A stretch of DNA of 40,912 bases from Octopus bimaculoides (GCF_001194135.2 NC_068996.1:43852479-43893390); one strand, 5' to 3'. Positions 20,711 through 33,686 are shown, counted from the first letter of the stretch. Translations and numbers: made by a program. The notes: generated by a model from the sequence alone, not told the origin.

Positions 20711-21283
20711 TCCTATAAATATATAAAGCAACAAAAGACACCTTGTTTATTTGACTATGCCGACATCCCGAAAACAAAACATAATCTCTCATTATCTTTA
20801 TTATCCTTCCAAATTAACTACAACAACAACAACAACAACTGCAACAATACACCAATGTTTTACACTAGCTGCTGCACTCAGTGTATTGTCTCTTGTCAAC
20901 TGTCAATTGTCGTGTCTCACATGGCGACACCAGGGACTTCTGGTCTTCAGATGCCACCAATCACATGGATTCTTATCTTGCTTGATGAAATGTCATATCT
21001 GGTAAATATATCTTTGTAAATTTATTTCATTTAAATTTTGAGTGATTAATTCAGAACTGAACAATTATTATTATTATTATTTTTTTCATAATATTTAGTT
21101 TAACCCAAGGCAGTGAGCTGGAAGAATTGTTACCATGTCAGGCTAAACGCTTCGTAGAATTTCATCTTTACATTTTGTGCTTAAATTCCACCAGGGAATG
21201 ACATTGTGGGGCAAGTGTGAGAGGCCAGATCTGGCTGTTTGAACATAAAATGGATATTTGGGTTGGATAAAGGGTAAAGGGTA

Positions 21284-21523
21284 AAGACCATGAATGACCA
21301 TTGGATTGCACCTAGAAAGTTCCCCTCAGAGGCACAAGTCTGGGTAAAGGCCGATACAGCTTGACACCAGTGACATCGCAACTCATTTCTATAGCTGAGT
21401 GAACTGGAGCAACATGAAATAAAGTGTTTTGCTCAAGAACACAACACACAGCTCAGTCCAGGAATTGAACTCACTACCACAAGATTGTGAGCCCGACACT
21501 CTAACCACTGAACCATGTGCCTT
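21284..21523 (-). mobile_element. tRNA-derived SINE, family C (Meta/V-like central domain); copies at about 31905-32052 (-), 34200-34490 (+) and 35064-35385 (-)
   Basis: Shared GAGTGAACTGGAGCAACATGAAATAAAGTG(T/C)TTTGCTCAAGAACACAA core and a tRNA-like head (GAATTGAACTC...CTAACCACTGAACCATG). Confidence 0.85.
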
Positions 21524-21579
21524 TACTAAGGCTGGTTTAAATACTAAAGGGTTAATTTAGGTTTGAATACAGAAACAGT

Positions 21580-22030
21580 TGGAAGTATGGATATGAGGTT
21601 CCGGGTGCTTGGTATCAACATACACTGGAAAAGGTAATGGACAAAAAGGGGAAGACAAACATCCTCTGGGACTTTGATTTCCAGACAGACAAAGTATTAG
21701 AGCACTGAAGGCTGATTATAGTAACCTTTAGGAGGGACAAACAAAAGTGCCTAATAATCAATGTGGTAGTGCCAGATCAACATATCATCATGAAAGAAAG
21801 AGTAAAGGTTGATAAATATGGAGAGTTGAGAATTGAGATTGCTAAGATGTGGAAGCTATGAGAGTCAAACATAAAGGTTATCCTTATTGTCATCAGAGCA
21901 TTGGGTTCAATACCACCCAATCTGAAAAGAACATCCGAAAACTTTAGAAATACCCTACAATCTAGGTGTATTGCAAAAGTCAGCATTACTTGAAACTGCA
22001 CTCATGTTGCATGAAGTACCATCTGTCTGA
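21580..22030 (+). pseudogene. 3' fragment of an R4/Dong-clade non-LTR retrotransposon ORF (restriction-like endonuclease region), degenerate
   Basis: WKYGYEVPGAWYQHTLEKVMDKKGKTNILWDFDFQTDKVLEH*RLIIV...CLIINVVVPDQHIIMKERVKVDKYGELRIEIAKMWKL*...VILIVIRALGSIP matches the ILWDF.IQTD...RPDI...D(V/I)A(V/I)P...E..K..KY..L...IP(I/V)V(I/V)GALG pattern; stops and a frameshift. Confidence 0.8.
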
Positions 22031-22089
22031 GGTCCTTGTTGTGATTTGACAAACAGTACAAACTCCCAGTATCCAATCAACAATATTAC

Positions 22090-22800
22090 AGGCTTATCCA
22101 ACATGCGTGCAGAGTGATGAAACCATTCTGCATGCCTACATTCAGTTTCTGGGGATTACAGACTTGTGGTATTATGTTGAACAGTTGCTGTCTTGTGTGG
22201 GACAGATCTGTTAGTCAGCCAAGTCTGTAGTGATGATTGCCCCCCCCCCTGCCCTCCTTCAATCGGTTATGCAAAGCAGTTTTCATTTGCCCGGTAGCTG
22301 TTTGGTGAACAAAGTTGAAAGGCATGAGAACAGATGCATTCCTCTTTGGTAGGGCTCTCATTAATTTCTTCGAGTTTCACTTGAAAACGAAATTCAGAAC
22401 GGAAGGGAAGTGCTGTCCTCGGGTGAACTTGTCGAAAGCAGGGTGAAAGTTGTGAAAATGGCAAGAGTGGATGGTACCTCTCTAAGTATAGACCTGTGAG
22501 TCGGAGAGAAGGAATTACAGAGGGCACTTGCTCCTGGTGTTTCAGGGATGTCTCGGACAGCAGGGTTCCTCTATTATCTCTAGAGGCCTTCGTGTATCAG
22601 GAGGGCCTCATCTTTACCATCCTCCCCCACTTTTTTTTTTACCTATGTATACTATGCATGCGTCCCTTCTTTTTCAGTGTATACCATGTATACTTACTTT
22701 ATTCTTTCTCCCTTTCGTTCTTTTTATAATTTCATTATAAGTAAACCCTGACACTTTATGTCTATCTTTGTATTGCCCCCCTCATCCTTCACCCTTATGG
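22090..22800 (+). pseudogene. 3' end of an L1/Tx1-like LINE ORF2 (zinc-knuckle region) plus 3' UTR, degenerate
   Basis: PTCVQSDETILHAYIQFLGITDLWYYVEQLL... then, after frameshifts, VW*TKLKG...FFEFHLKTKFRTE and KMARVDGTSLSIDL* (TGA at 22497-22499); followed by (ATT)n. Confidence 0.6.
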
Positions 22801-22818
22801 CAAATTAATGAAATCACT

Positions 22819-22820
22819 AA

Positions 22821-22871
<51 letters not shown>

Positions 22872-22970
22872 CATGATTATTTTTTTTTTTTTTATTATTA
22901 TCATTATTATTGTTATTATTATTATTATCATCATCATCATTATTATTATTATCATCACCATTATTATTAT
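22819..22970. repeat. (ATT)n/(ATC)n microsatellite
   Basis: Direct reading; similar arrays at about 25268-25340, 26575-26615, 26866-26935, 27093-27210, 33130-33180, 33396-33510 and 40640-40715. Confidence 0.95.
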
Positions 22971-23336
22971 TGCAGAATTGCTGTGACTTGTTAGAAGTGC
23001 AAAGAATCAACAGATGCAACAAATTTAATTAAACTGTGCCAAGCAAAGAAAATAAAAAGCAAAACAAAAAAGAAAATCAAGAAGTTAGCCAGAATACCCT
23101 AACCTTGCCACCATGTCCTAAGAGAAAAAAGAAAAAATCACACCCAAAAAAGTTAAGCCAGTCTGTTGAAAGGTGGTGCTAAAGCCGATTCTATATTATT
23201 TTTTAATCCTGAAGCCTTTGCAATGGACTTGTGTATATAATACATTTTATATAAAACAATATTTCCCAATACGTGATATAATAACATGAAATAACTAATC
23301 AGCTAATACTTGAATCTTCAATCAGCATATATATAT

Positions 23337-23393
<57 letters not shown>

Positions 23394-23681
23394 CATTGCT
23401 GATGTCGTAAGAATTTTATAATCTTTTGAGAGAACGTGAACATGAAATAATTCTTTTTTGGGGGAAAATAGTTCCAGCAGTGCATTCCACACGGCGATAA
23501 AGAATGGTATGTANNNNNNNNNNNNNNNNNNNNNNNNNNNNNNNNNNNNNNNNNNNNNNNNNNNNNNNNNNNNNNNNNNNNNNNNNNNNNNNNNNNNNNN
23601 NNNNNNNNNNNNNNNNNNNNNNNNNNNNNNNNNNNNNNNNNNNNNNNNNNNNNNNNNNNNNNNNNNNNNNNNNNNNNNNNN

Positions 23682-23693
23682 CTCTTCCGATCT
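23682..23693 (+). other. Illumina adapter remnant at a contig edge
   Basis: CTCTTCCGATCT begins exactly at the first base after the N gap; this is the shared 3' end of the Illumina read-primer sequences. Confidence 0.85.
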
Positions 23694-25479
23694 ATATATA
23701 TATATATGTCGTGGAAGTCTCAGTGGTGCAATGACTAGTTCTCAGTTTCGAATCCTCATCTCACAAATCACAGATCTATTTTACTTTCAAACCTTTAAGA
23801 AAGACACGAATGATGATGCAACATGTCATCCTTATTTCGCTCTTCAAAAATTCAACCTGTTGGCATGAATATCACATCTTCCAATTTCTGGTCCCACCCA
23901 GCGCCACTACTACCAGTCACTTACTAAATGGGTGGGGGTGGGGGGAAAGAAACAAACAAAAAAAATTAAGTTGTCATGCCGATAACAGAAATCATGTTAT
24001 TTGAGTTCACAAGGGAGTGTCTTGACATTCTAGAAGTAGCAGTCAGATCTCTCCCGAATCTAATCTTGAAATTTTAAATGAAAAAAAGGAAAGAAGGAAA
24101 GAAGGGTATATTTTGCAATGAAATTTCTGACATACAAAAAAAAAAAATTAATAAACACAAAAACAAAAAAAGAAAGGAGCAAAAATGATCCTGGCTGGAA
24201 CACATTTAACATCTATTTGGTCAATGCTGACCAGGGCTAAACAACAACAACAATGTTATTTATGCCCCTTTACCTTATTTAGAATGATTTCAATTTACAT
24301 ATGCGATTGCAGCCAATCAGAGAGTCTCTGCTATGAAGACCAGCTAGAAATAGTATGGGTTTGTTCAATCAAGGTCAACCAAATGCTAAACAACAACAGT
24401 TTATGTTACTAATGCTCCCTCATCCCCATACACTAACCCCTTTCGTTTTCTCTGTAAATCTGAGAAATCAATCATGGTCATTAAAAAACAAAATGGGAGA
24501 AAGAAAAAAATTTAAAAAAAAAAACAGAAGTCATTATTATTGTTATGTGTGTCAGCAAATATTGAAAGAAAAAAAAATCTAAAACTCATTTTTATTCCAT
24601 AGTCATAATCCCTTCTTGCATTACTTATATTATCAACGCCTCTGAGAAAGGCATGAATGCTACGTCTTACAAGAACCAAATTTCAAATTCACTCTCTCTT
24701 ATAGATTTACGAGTGAGGCTTTGTACCAATCTAAGAACTTGCATATGCATTTAAATTAATTTTTAATGTCAATTGCAGAAAAAGAAAACTGGAGAGGAAA
24801 GAACGAAAACAATATTAAAACGTCAAGTACCAGTAATATCCTGGATATTTCGATTTTATCAGTTATTCACTTTCACTGTAGGATTGTTGGGGGGGCCTTG
24901 TGCCAATGTAAAATGGAAAAAAAAAAGAAAAAATTTAATGTTTTAACATCTTGGCGAATACCATTTGAGAGATGAAGCAAGCTCCATAGAAATCATTGAA
25001 GTTTAGGTCTGAGAGCTGCTTCCAATTCTTAGTCAAAAACAAAAAGAAAGAAAAAAAGCAGTCATATCATGTAAACTCATTACTGTAACTAATTATTAAT
25101 AACACATTACTATAACTAATGATTTTGTGGCCTTGAGCCTGAGTCCAATATCAGTCTATTGTAACATTATATAAGTGTATATATATACATACATTATATA
25201 CAAACAAAGTGCATTTAAACATTTTTCTTTTTGTTTTTGTTGTTGTTCTTGTTATTGTTAATAATACCATTATTGTTATTGTAATTATTATCATTATTAT
25301 TATCATCATCATTATTATTATTATTATCATTATTATTATTACTTTTCATTCATTTTCTGTTCTTACTTTTGAAAGAAAATATTATAAATTAGACAGCAAA
25401 TTGCTTGTTATGGGTAAATGACCACTTGAGTTTCTGGAGATGAGAAGCTGGTCTTTATCGGCAGCCATCAATTCTGTAG

Positions 25480-25516
<37 letters not shown>

Positions 25517-25735
25517 ACATGCATGCATGTGTGAGAGAGAGAGAGAGCATGTGTGTGTATGTATGTATATATATGAGTACGTATTTTTGTCTGTATATAT
25601 ATGTAAAGGTATATACTGTATATGTATGTACATATACATATGCTTGTGTGTGTTTGTATATATATATATATATATATAGATAGATATAGATATATATATG
25701 CATATAGATATACAAACGTGTGTGTGTATATGATA

Positions 25736-25792
<57 letters not shown>

Positions 25793-25865
25793 CGCTCTGC
25801 AATATATATCAAGAATTCTTATTTTCTTTATGACAGCACCTACAATAAACTTTCTCTGTGTCAAT

Positions 25866-25909
<44 letters not shown>

Positions 25910-26372
25910 ACGCTCATCTGTTTAATTCAACATGAATTATTCATACATTTTTATGTGTGAGTGATTGCATATGTATATGTGTCTATTTTATATGTGTGAG
26001 TATGTGTGCATATGTATATATATATGTACGCATTGTGTATGTATGTATTGTGTATGTATGTATGTATGTATGTATGTATGTATGTATGTACAATGCTATA
26101 GGTATGCTGTTACTACAAAAAAAATTATAAACTGCTTGGTTTTCTTTGTAGCAATAGCCCAATACTTTACTACTGAAATATTTAATGATTTGTTAATTAA
26201 ATATTTAACCAATTCATTTGGTGTGCGTAATGATATCACAAAGAATTATACAACATTCATGAAGAGAATGTATTGTCTGACTGAGATATATATATATATA
26301 TCTATATATATATATATATATATATAACACATATATATATATGCACACATATATATGCACATATATATGTAT

Positions 26373-26414
<42 letters not shown>

Positions 26415-26452
26415 TCATATATATATATATTTATATATATATATATATACAA

Positions 26453-26483
<31 letters not shown>

Positions 26484-26616
26484 CACATATATATATATGA
26501 CACCGAAAAATGCATTGAAGCTTGTTTTTTTTGTTTGCATTTATATCTTTTATTTTATGAATATTTGTTAACAAACAACAATAGTAATAATAATAATGAT
26601 AATAATAATAATAATA

Positions 26617-26866
26617 GAAAGTGTGGGCAAAATGTATCCCAGTAGTTATAGTTGCATTGGGAACTATCCCTGAAGATTTGAACAGATGAATAGAGGAAAT
26701 AGGCACAAAACCCAGTTTAGTACAGCTCCAGAAAACAGTCTTATTAGGGACAGCTAGGCTATTTAGGAGGGTTTTTGGCATCTAAAGTTACTTGTTTTAG
26801 CCTGATGTTAGGATTATTTTCTTTTCCAACAGTCTAGTCTGTTGTGTGTTTATATGAATAACAATA
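26617..26866 (+). mobile_element. 5'-truncated R4/Dong-clade LINE 3' end embedded in an (AAT)n array
   Basis: KVWAKCIPVVIVALGTIPEDLNR*IEEIGTKPSLVQLQKTVLLGTARLFRRVFGI*, with (AAT)n on both sides. Confidence 0.75.
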
Positions 26867-26881
26867 ATGATGATAATAATG

Positions 26882-26929
<48 letters not shown>

Positions 26930-26957
26930 GTAATAAAGTCTGAAATTTTGCTCAACT

Positions 26958-27090
26958 GGTTCTTATTTTATTGATCTTAAAAGAATGAAAGGCAAAAAGT
27001 CAACCCCACCAGTACTTGAACTCAAATTCTATAGTCAGAAGAAATGCCGCTAAGTGTATTGTCTGGCATGCTAATGATTCTGCCAGTTTA
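26958..27090 (-). mobile_element. SINE family B, internally shortened
   Basis: GAATGAAAGGCAAAAAGTCAACC...TTGAACTCA...GAAATGCCGCTAAGTG...GCTAATGATTCTGCCAGTT; homologous to 5318-5547. Confidence 0.75.
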
Positions 27091-27115
27091 ACACAACAAC
27101 AACAACAACAACAAC

Positions 27116-27172
<57 letters not shown>

Positions 27173-27173
27173 A

Positions 27174-27204
<31 letters not shown>

Positions 27205-27446
27205 TAGTGATGATGGCAATTAATGCAGTAATAATTACTAATGGTTTCTAGTTTATGCACATCGCCAGCAGTTTTGAAGTTAGCTGGTTAAAGTTACCCC
27301 AGTACCCCAGTACTGGTAATTTCTTGATCCCCAGAGGATGAATGACAAAATTTTACATCGGTGGGATTTCAACTCTGAGCTGGAACAAATACCACAACAT
27401 TTTTTTTTTTTTTTTTTTTTCAAACACACAATTTTGGCAGTTCAAA

Positions 27447-27610
27447 ATATAAAGTCATGAAAACAGAGATACCCAAACTGCAAGTTCTGAAAGTAATAGC
27501 TATCCCTATAATGACAGGTGCCTTAGGAATGATTAAAAAACATGCATACAAATGCATAATGAAAACTCAGGGCTTACAAATATGCAGAGTAATCCTATTA
27601 GGTACTAAAT
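27447..27610 (+). pseudogene. R4/Dong-like LINE C-terminal remnant
   Basis: KTEIPKLQVLKVIAIPIMTGALGMIKK...VILLGT resembles the IP(I/V)V.GALG...LLGT terminus seen at 21580 and 26617. Confidence 0.55.
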
Positions 27611-27859
27611 ACATATATTATGTAGAGAATAGTTAATACCAAAATGAATAAATAAATAAGCACAAAACACAGAACATACCCAAGGCATACAAAGCTGTGC
27701 TCAGGGGTATCATGAAAAAGGAAAAATAAAAGAACACATGAGAAAAATAAGACAATTGAAATTATTTCTTGCAAAAACATAAAACCACAATTTTTAGGAG
27801 ATAGAATCAATCAATTAAAAACAATAACAATGAAGATGATTGCAGAAACAGACATGCTA

Positions 27860-28542
27860 TCAGAGAAGAAAGGATGCCAAAAAGAGACAGATGTAAGGAG
27901 CAGCTATTGTTTATAGAGGACAACAAAAAGAGGCAAAAAAATAAAACGCTTAGGATAGGCCTAGATTGATTACCAAAGACATTCCAAACTATTGGGTACT
28001 GGAGAAAGTTCGTACAAATAAAGTAACTTCAATACTAGGTAAGTAAGATCAGCCATGTTATAACAAAATGGAAAATATACAAATCAACAAGGCACTACAA
28101 GGCAAAAAGAAGGTAATTAAAGCTAGTTCTATATCTTTAAAAATGGGAATCTTCTAGAAAGACATAATACACAGTATCCACCACCATCGCTTCTGTTTTG
28201 CCAAGCTTTGACTTCATTGAAAAAACTGTTCAAGGAAACCATCATTAGTTATTGATTCTGCAGACAAACAATGAGCCATCTCACCAATGTGGATGACTTA
28301 AAAGAGATAAAAATAGTTCAAATATTCAGCAAAGATATGATAATGTGTATGGAATTAGATTTGTTTGCTAAAGTTGTAAGAGGGGGCAAATTACCTAAAA
28401 CTGAAGGTACTAAATTAAGACATGGACACTAATATGAGAGAAATAGAGCAGAAACATCCAAACAAATTATTAAGTGATTTAATATGGAAACTGATAAACT
28501 AGAATACACAGAAGTAAAGGAAAAGAAATTGAGAAGCATATT
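27860..28542 (+). pseudogene. Highly degenerate reverse-transcriptase region of an R4/Dong-like LINE
   Basis: Fragmentary motifs EKKGCQK...CKEQLL, A*IDYQ, KMGIF, SHLTNVDDLK, IFSKDM, GKLPKTEG across several frameshifts. Confidence 0.6.
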
Positions 28543-28701
28543 CTTTTCTACTCTAGGCACAAATCCCAAAATATTGGGGGAGGGGGCCAGTCGATTAGAT
28601 CAACCCCAGTGCACAACTGGTAGTTAATCTATCGACCCTCAAAAGAAAGAAAGGTAAACTCAACCTTGACAGAATTTGAACTCAGAACGTAAAGATAGAC
28701 A
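28543..28701 (-). mobile_element. 5'-truncated SINE family B with a 17-bp target-site duplication
   Basis: AAATTGAGAAGCATATT at 28526-28542 and 28702-28718 brackets the SINE body. Confidence 0.88.
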
Positions 28702-28787
28702 AAATTGAGAAGCATATTAACAAAGAAGCAGGCTAAGAGCAAAGGTGGAATCCAATGATAGAAATATCATTATATCTTGATCTCACA

Positions 28788-28815
28788 TCTCTCTCTTTCT
28801 CTCTCTCTCTTCCTT

Positions 28816-28848
<33 letters not shown>

Positions 28849-28925
28849 TCCTTTCTCTCTCTCTCTCTCTTTCTCTCTCTTCCTTTCTCTCTCTCTCTCT
28901 TCCTTTCTCTCTCTCTCTCTCTCTC
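28788..28925. repeat. (TC)n / TTCC compound polypyrimidine microsatellite
   Basis: Direct reading. Confidence 0.95.
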
Positions 28926-29243
28926 CACATGGGGAAGCCAGGTATTAACCTTCAACATAACACCTGCTTCTACCCCTATCTCTCATACTTTCATATTCCT
29001 CAATATCATACTCTACTTAGTTGAGAGGTCCTGTCTTGCAGATACTTGGTGCTGGTCCCATGAAAGAAAAGAAGTTACTCCAGTACACTCTGTTAAATGG
29101 TTGGTGTTAGCAAGGGCATCCAGGAGTAGAAGCCATGCTAAACCCCGGCTCATCAGTTTGTCAAACCAACCAACCCATGTCAGCATGGAAGAAAGGACAT
29201 CAAATAATGATGACAATGATGTATGTATGTAGAAAGCTGAACA

Positions 29244-29405
29244 GGTGTGGGCATGTGATTAAGGAGCTTCCTTGCTTCCCAACCAAATGGTTTTGAGTTC
29301 GGTGCCATTGTACAGCATCTTGGAGAAATGTCTACTACTGTAGCCTCAGGCTGAACAAAGCTTTGTGAGTGGATTTTGTAGAGAGAAACTGAAATAAGCC
29401 TGTCA
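29244..29405 (+). mobile_element. SINE family A, diverged; another diverged copy at about 36741-36890
   Basis: CTTCCCAACCAAATGGTT...CATCTTGGAGAAATGTCTACTACTGTAGCCTCAGG...GTGAGTGGATTTTGTAG. Confidence 0.75.
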
Positions 29406-29589
29406 TACATACATACATATATACATACATATATTAGTTTAAACTGGAAAGAAGGAAAGGCTTAGATAAGAAAAAAAAAACATAAGAATGTTTATAAATA
29501 CAAAATGTAATTCCAAAATATCCCAAAGCAAAAAACTGAGATTAAAACCATTCCATAGCCAATACTTTTGAAGACTCAACATAGAAGAA

Positions 29590-29785
29590 GTATGCCAAAG
29601 GGAAAACTAATGACTCAGGAAAATTCTTGTCTAAAAGCAGAAAGAGATGGCTTGATGCTTGCTGCACAAGACAACTGCCTAGCCACAAATAATCGTAAAA
29701 CTAAAATAGCAAAAATTTATACAAACATCAAGTGCAGACTATGCAACCAATATAATGAAACAATTGAGCACATCAACTTTGACTG
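29590..29785 (+). pseudogene. R4/Dong-like LINE zinc-knuckle remnant
   Basis: LKAERDGLMLAAQDNCLATNNRKTKIAKIYTNIKCRLCNQYNETIEHI matches the LK.ETEG...AAQDQ.L.T...CRLC....ET..H pattern. Confidence 0.75.
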
Positions 29786-31489
29786 ACCAGTGCTTACTAA
29801 TCTCACATATGTTCACAGTCATGACTATATCAATACCTGTGTCCAGTTTGCAATATTCCACCTATGTAGGATCAGAGTACTTCATGATTCTGCCCACCTT
29901 CTGCTCTGTGTACTACAATATGACACTTCTGAATATACCCTTAGACATCTTTTGTGTTAGTCATTATGAGAAGAGTGCCACATCCTTTTGACTGTTAAAT
30001 ATAAGATGTTTATAGGCTATTGGTAAGCTTATTCTACTAAAAGCCTTGTTATTTAAGGTATCCTATTTGATACCTTAAATCAGCACAGCAGACCTTTTGA
30101 ATTCCTTTAGATCATTTAAAGGGTCCATTAGACTCTCTTTTTGTGGTTTGGTGAGCCATGAATTTCAGGCAGCACAAAATGATGGTAGGCTCTTCTATAG
30201 TCTGGATTCATTCTTTTGTCTTCATTTTTTACTGCTCTTTTCTCTTTTCACCACTTTCGCTGTTTTCCGACCTTTCTCCAGATTTCATCTCTACATAGCT
30301 GTACAGTTGCTCTACTTCTGACTGGGAAATTATTAGTTTGTTAGTCACCATTTGCCAAAAGTGTTGACAGTAAAGGAGAATAAACAATTTTGTTTGCTCC
30401 TGCTACGGCTATCTTCAGAGATTCTACTAGTGCTGCTCTGAAAACAGAAGTTGCAACAGCTGTGCCAAACAATAAGTCCTTCACTTACAAAACAGGTAAG
30501 GATTAGGGATAGCTGTAAAACAATGCTTCAATAAATAGCATATTTATCTAACCCATGCAAGTATAGAAAAAACAGAAGTAAAATGAATGAATGAATGAAT
30601 GAATAAATGAATATAGAATTATGTATCTTGCTCTAAAATAGCAGACAATAATTGGTAGCAGAATATAATAATTTTGATGTCTTAGTATCCAAGGTGATTA
30701 ACTAGTAGCATTCAACTTTCCATGCTTCTACCATTAGTGTAGTTCTTTCAACTAATAATTAATAAGTTTGTATTTCATGAATATCATATTTGTGATATTT
30801 GTCTGTGTGAGTAGCAACATCACCATCATCAATTGTGTCGAAATATCATGCATTCTTCTGGTAGAGTTCTAAACACTGTTTACACATGCACACACACACA
30901 CACACACACACAAACAAGCATAATTGCATGTATATGTATGCATATATATACATATTTTACTCTGCCTTTGGCATACAAGTACTAATTTTTTCATCTTTGT
31001 TCTACACTTACATGCTTACTTGCATGCATGTGTGTGTGTTTACATTTATATATATATATGTACATTATATATATATATATATATATATACATATATATAA
31101 TGTACATATATAAATATACATATATTCATACACACACACACATATATATACACACACACACATACATATATCATCATAATCATAATCATCATCATCATCA
31201 TAATACCCCTGTTATGTTTTATATCATTTGTACTCCATGTAAGCTGACCCTTTTTATATGAATACATATATGCATATTTTGTATTTCATGTATTTGATAT
31301 ACTGTATATATTGATCTAATTTATTTATCCCCACATTTACTTATACATACATATATATATATGCACACACACATGCATACACAAATCATCCTCATCATTT
31401 ACAAGGCACTTTTTCCATGTGTATGTATACATATATGTATGCATACTACTTCTTTGTTATCTCCCCTTCTTCTTAACTCTCCTGTGAGA

Positions 31490-31695
31490 CCCTTCTGTCC
31501 AGCATTTGCCATGATAGATTGCTGACCACTACACTTATATTTTTTTCTCTCCTTGTTTCTTTCTGTGTTCTTTTCTGTGGAAGAGCATAGGCTCGAAACA
31601 TTAAAGACTTTCTCAATTCCTGAGCATTATACTAATACATCTGTTTGTTGTCTACACGACCTGACTTTGTCTTTTGTTGTTTTGTGAATTCTCCC
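31490..31695 (+). mobile_element. Second copy of the Penelope-like hammerhead-bearing repeat (see 21-215), more degenerate
   Basis: TTCTTTT-CTGTGGA-A-GAGCATAGGCTC-GAAACATT-AAAGACTTTC at 31568-31612; the flanks align with the reverse complement of 21-215. Confidence 0.6.
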
Positions 31696-32659
31696 TATAT
31701 ATATATATGTATGTATACATGGCTGACAAGGCACTCCCTCAGTTGCAGCAATTCGTGCTCCACTTGGTTCAGTCAGCAGAACAGCCTGCTTGTGAAATTA
31801 GCACACAAGTGAGTGAGTATTCCACAGACACTCAAACTCGTAATATAATTCTCAAATAGATTCCAACAAAGTGATGCACCAAATGTGACAAGGCTGGCCC
31901 ATTGACCAATTGGTACTACTCATTTTTACCAGCTGAGTGGACTGGAGCAATGTGTAATAAAGTGTCTTGCTCAAGGACTCAATGCACTGATGGGAACTGA
32001 ACTTATGACCTTATGATTGTGAGCCGAATATACTAACCACTAAAGCACATGCCATCATGTATGAATACACACACACACACATACATGTACACTTATATAC
32101 ACATACATACATTACATACATATGGGCACACACATGCATACATACACATATACATACATACATACATACATACATGGAAACATGCATGCATACACACATG
32201 CATACATAGACACACACACTTACATACATACACATACGTACACACATACATGCATAAACACACACACATGCATACATACATACATACACATACATACCAA
32301 TATATTTACATGCATGCATACATGCATACATACATACATACATACATACATACATACATACATACATACATACATACACAAAAACAAAAATACCCTGCTG
32401 TTGAGGTTGAAATTCCAATGAAGGAGCCTTGGATCTAGGTTAGAAACCAGCTCTTTCTCTGTTGGCAAGAAATCTTGAAATAAAACTGAATAACAACAAA
32501 CATACATACATATGTACATACATAGACACCACCACCACCACTACTACTACTACTAAGCCTTTTTGGTATTTTGTTTCTGAGTTCAAATCTCATGAAAGTC
32601 AGCTTTACCTTTCATCTCTCCATCTTTGATTAAAGAAAGTACTAATTTATGACTAGGAT

Positions 32660-32818
32660 CAGGGCTGCCCTAGGGTTGCTGGTACCTCGGGCAAGCTGAA
32701 CAAGCTGGCAGTCATTGAAATTTTCTTGTGTTTGTCACACCTTTCTTGGCACCCCCTAGCACATGGCACCCCAGGTGACTGCCTGAGCTGCCGGTACCTT
32801 GAGGTCAACTTTGCCCTG
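32660..32818. mobile_element. hAT-type MITE with an 8-bp target-site duplication
   Basis: Termini CAGGGC...GCCCTG; flanks ACTAGGAT (32652-32659) and ACTAGAAT (32819-32826). Confidence 0.7.
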
Positions 32819-32916
32819 ACTAGAATGATCTAATAGACTAACGCCATTCTTTTAAAATTTTACTGACTTTCTGCCAAAATTTGAAACAATCATCATCATT
32901 ATTATTATTATTATTA

Positions 32917-33140
32917 AAGCAGTGAGCTGGCAGAATCGTTAGCACGCCGGGCGAATGCTTAGCAGCATTTCGTCCACCTTGACATTCTGAGTTCAAATTC
33001 TGCTGAGGTTGACTTTGCCTTTCATCCTTTCAGGGTCAATAAATCTAGTATCACTTATGTATTGCAATCAGTGTAACTGTTAGTCCCCTCTCCCAAATTT
33101 TAGGCTTTATGCCTTTAGTAGAAAAGATTGTTATCATTAA

Positions 33141-33182
<42 letters not shown>

Positions 33183-33395
33183 GTCACAGAGCTGGTAGAA
33201 TCGTTAGCACACCAGGCAAAATGCTTAGCAATATTTCGTCCATCCTTGTGTTCTGAGTTCAAATTCCGTTAAGGTCAACTTTGCCTTTCACCCTTTCAGG
33301 GTCGTTCACATAAGTACCAGTGAAGCACTGGGGGTCAATGTAATCGATTTAGCCCCTCAACCGAAATTGCTGGCCTTGTGCCAAAATTTGAAACC
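32917..33395 (+). mobile_element. Two tandem family B SINEs (about 32917-33128 and 33181-33395) separated by (ATT)n
   Basis: Both start GAGCTGG(C/T)AGAATCGTTAGCAC and contain TTCTGAGTTCAAATTC...ACTTTGCCTTTCA. Confidence 0.88.
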
Positions 33396-33439
<44 letters not shown>

Positions 33440-33655
33440 CTTTATTATTGTTGTTGTTGCTGTTGTTGTTGTTGCTGTTGTTGTTGTTGTTGTTGTATTA
33501 CCATCATCATCATTACTTTACATCCATTTCTCCATATTTCCCTGAATTGATTGGGTCTTCCCTAGCACAGTGTTTCACACTTGCTACAGTCCTTCACCAT
33601 TCCTTTTTTGCAGTATTTGGTATTCTGAGATCAGATTCCACCACTTTTCACCACA

Positions 33656-33686
<31 letters not shown>

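Noticed and set aside
20082-20726. Cys/His-rich ORFs resembling metal-binding proteins
   Set aside because: Translation of CA/TG alternating repeats in all frames.
30051-30080. 12-bp perfect hairpin ATTTAAGGTATC / GATACCTTAAAT
   Set aside because: Short and AT-rich enough to arise by chance in 41 kb; bacterial-style terminator logic does not apply here.
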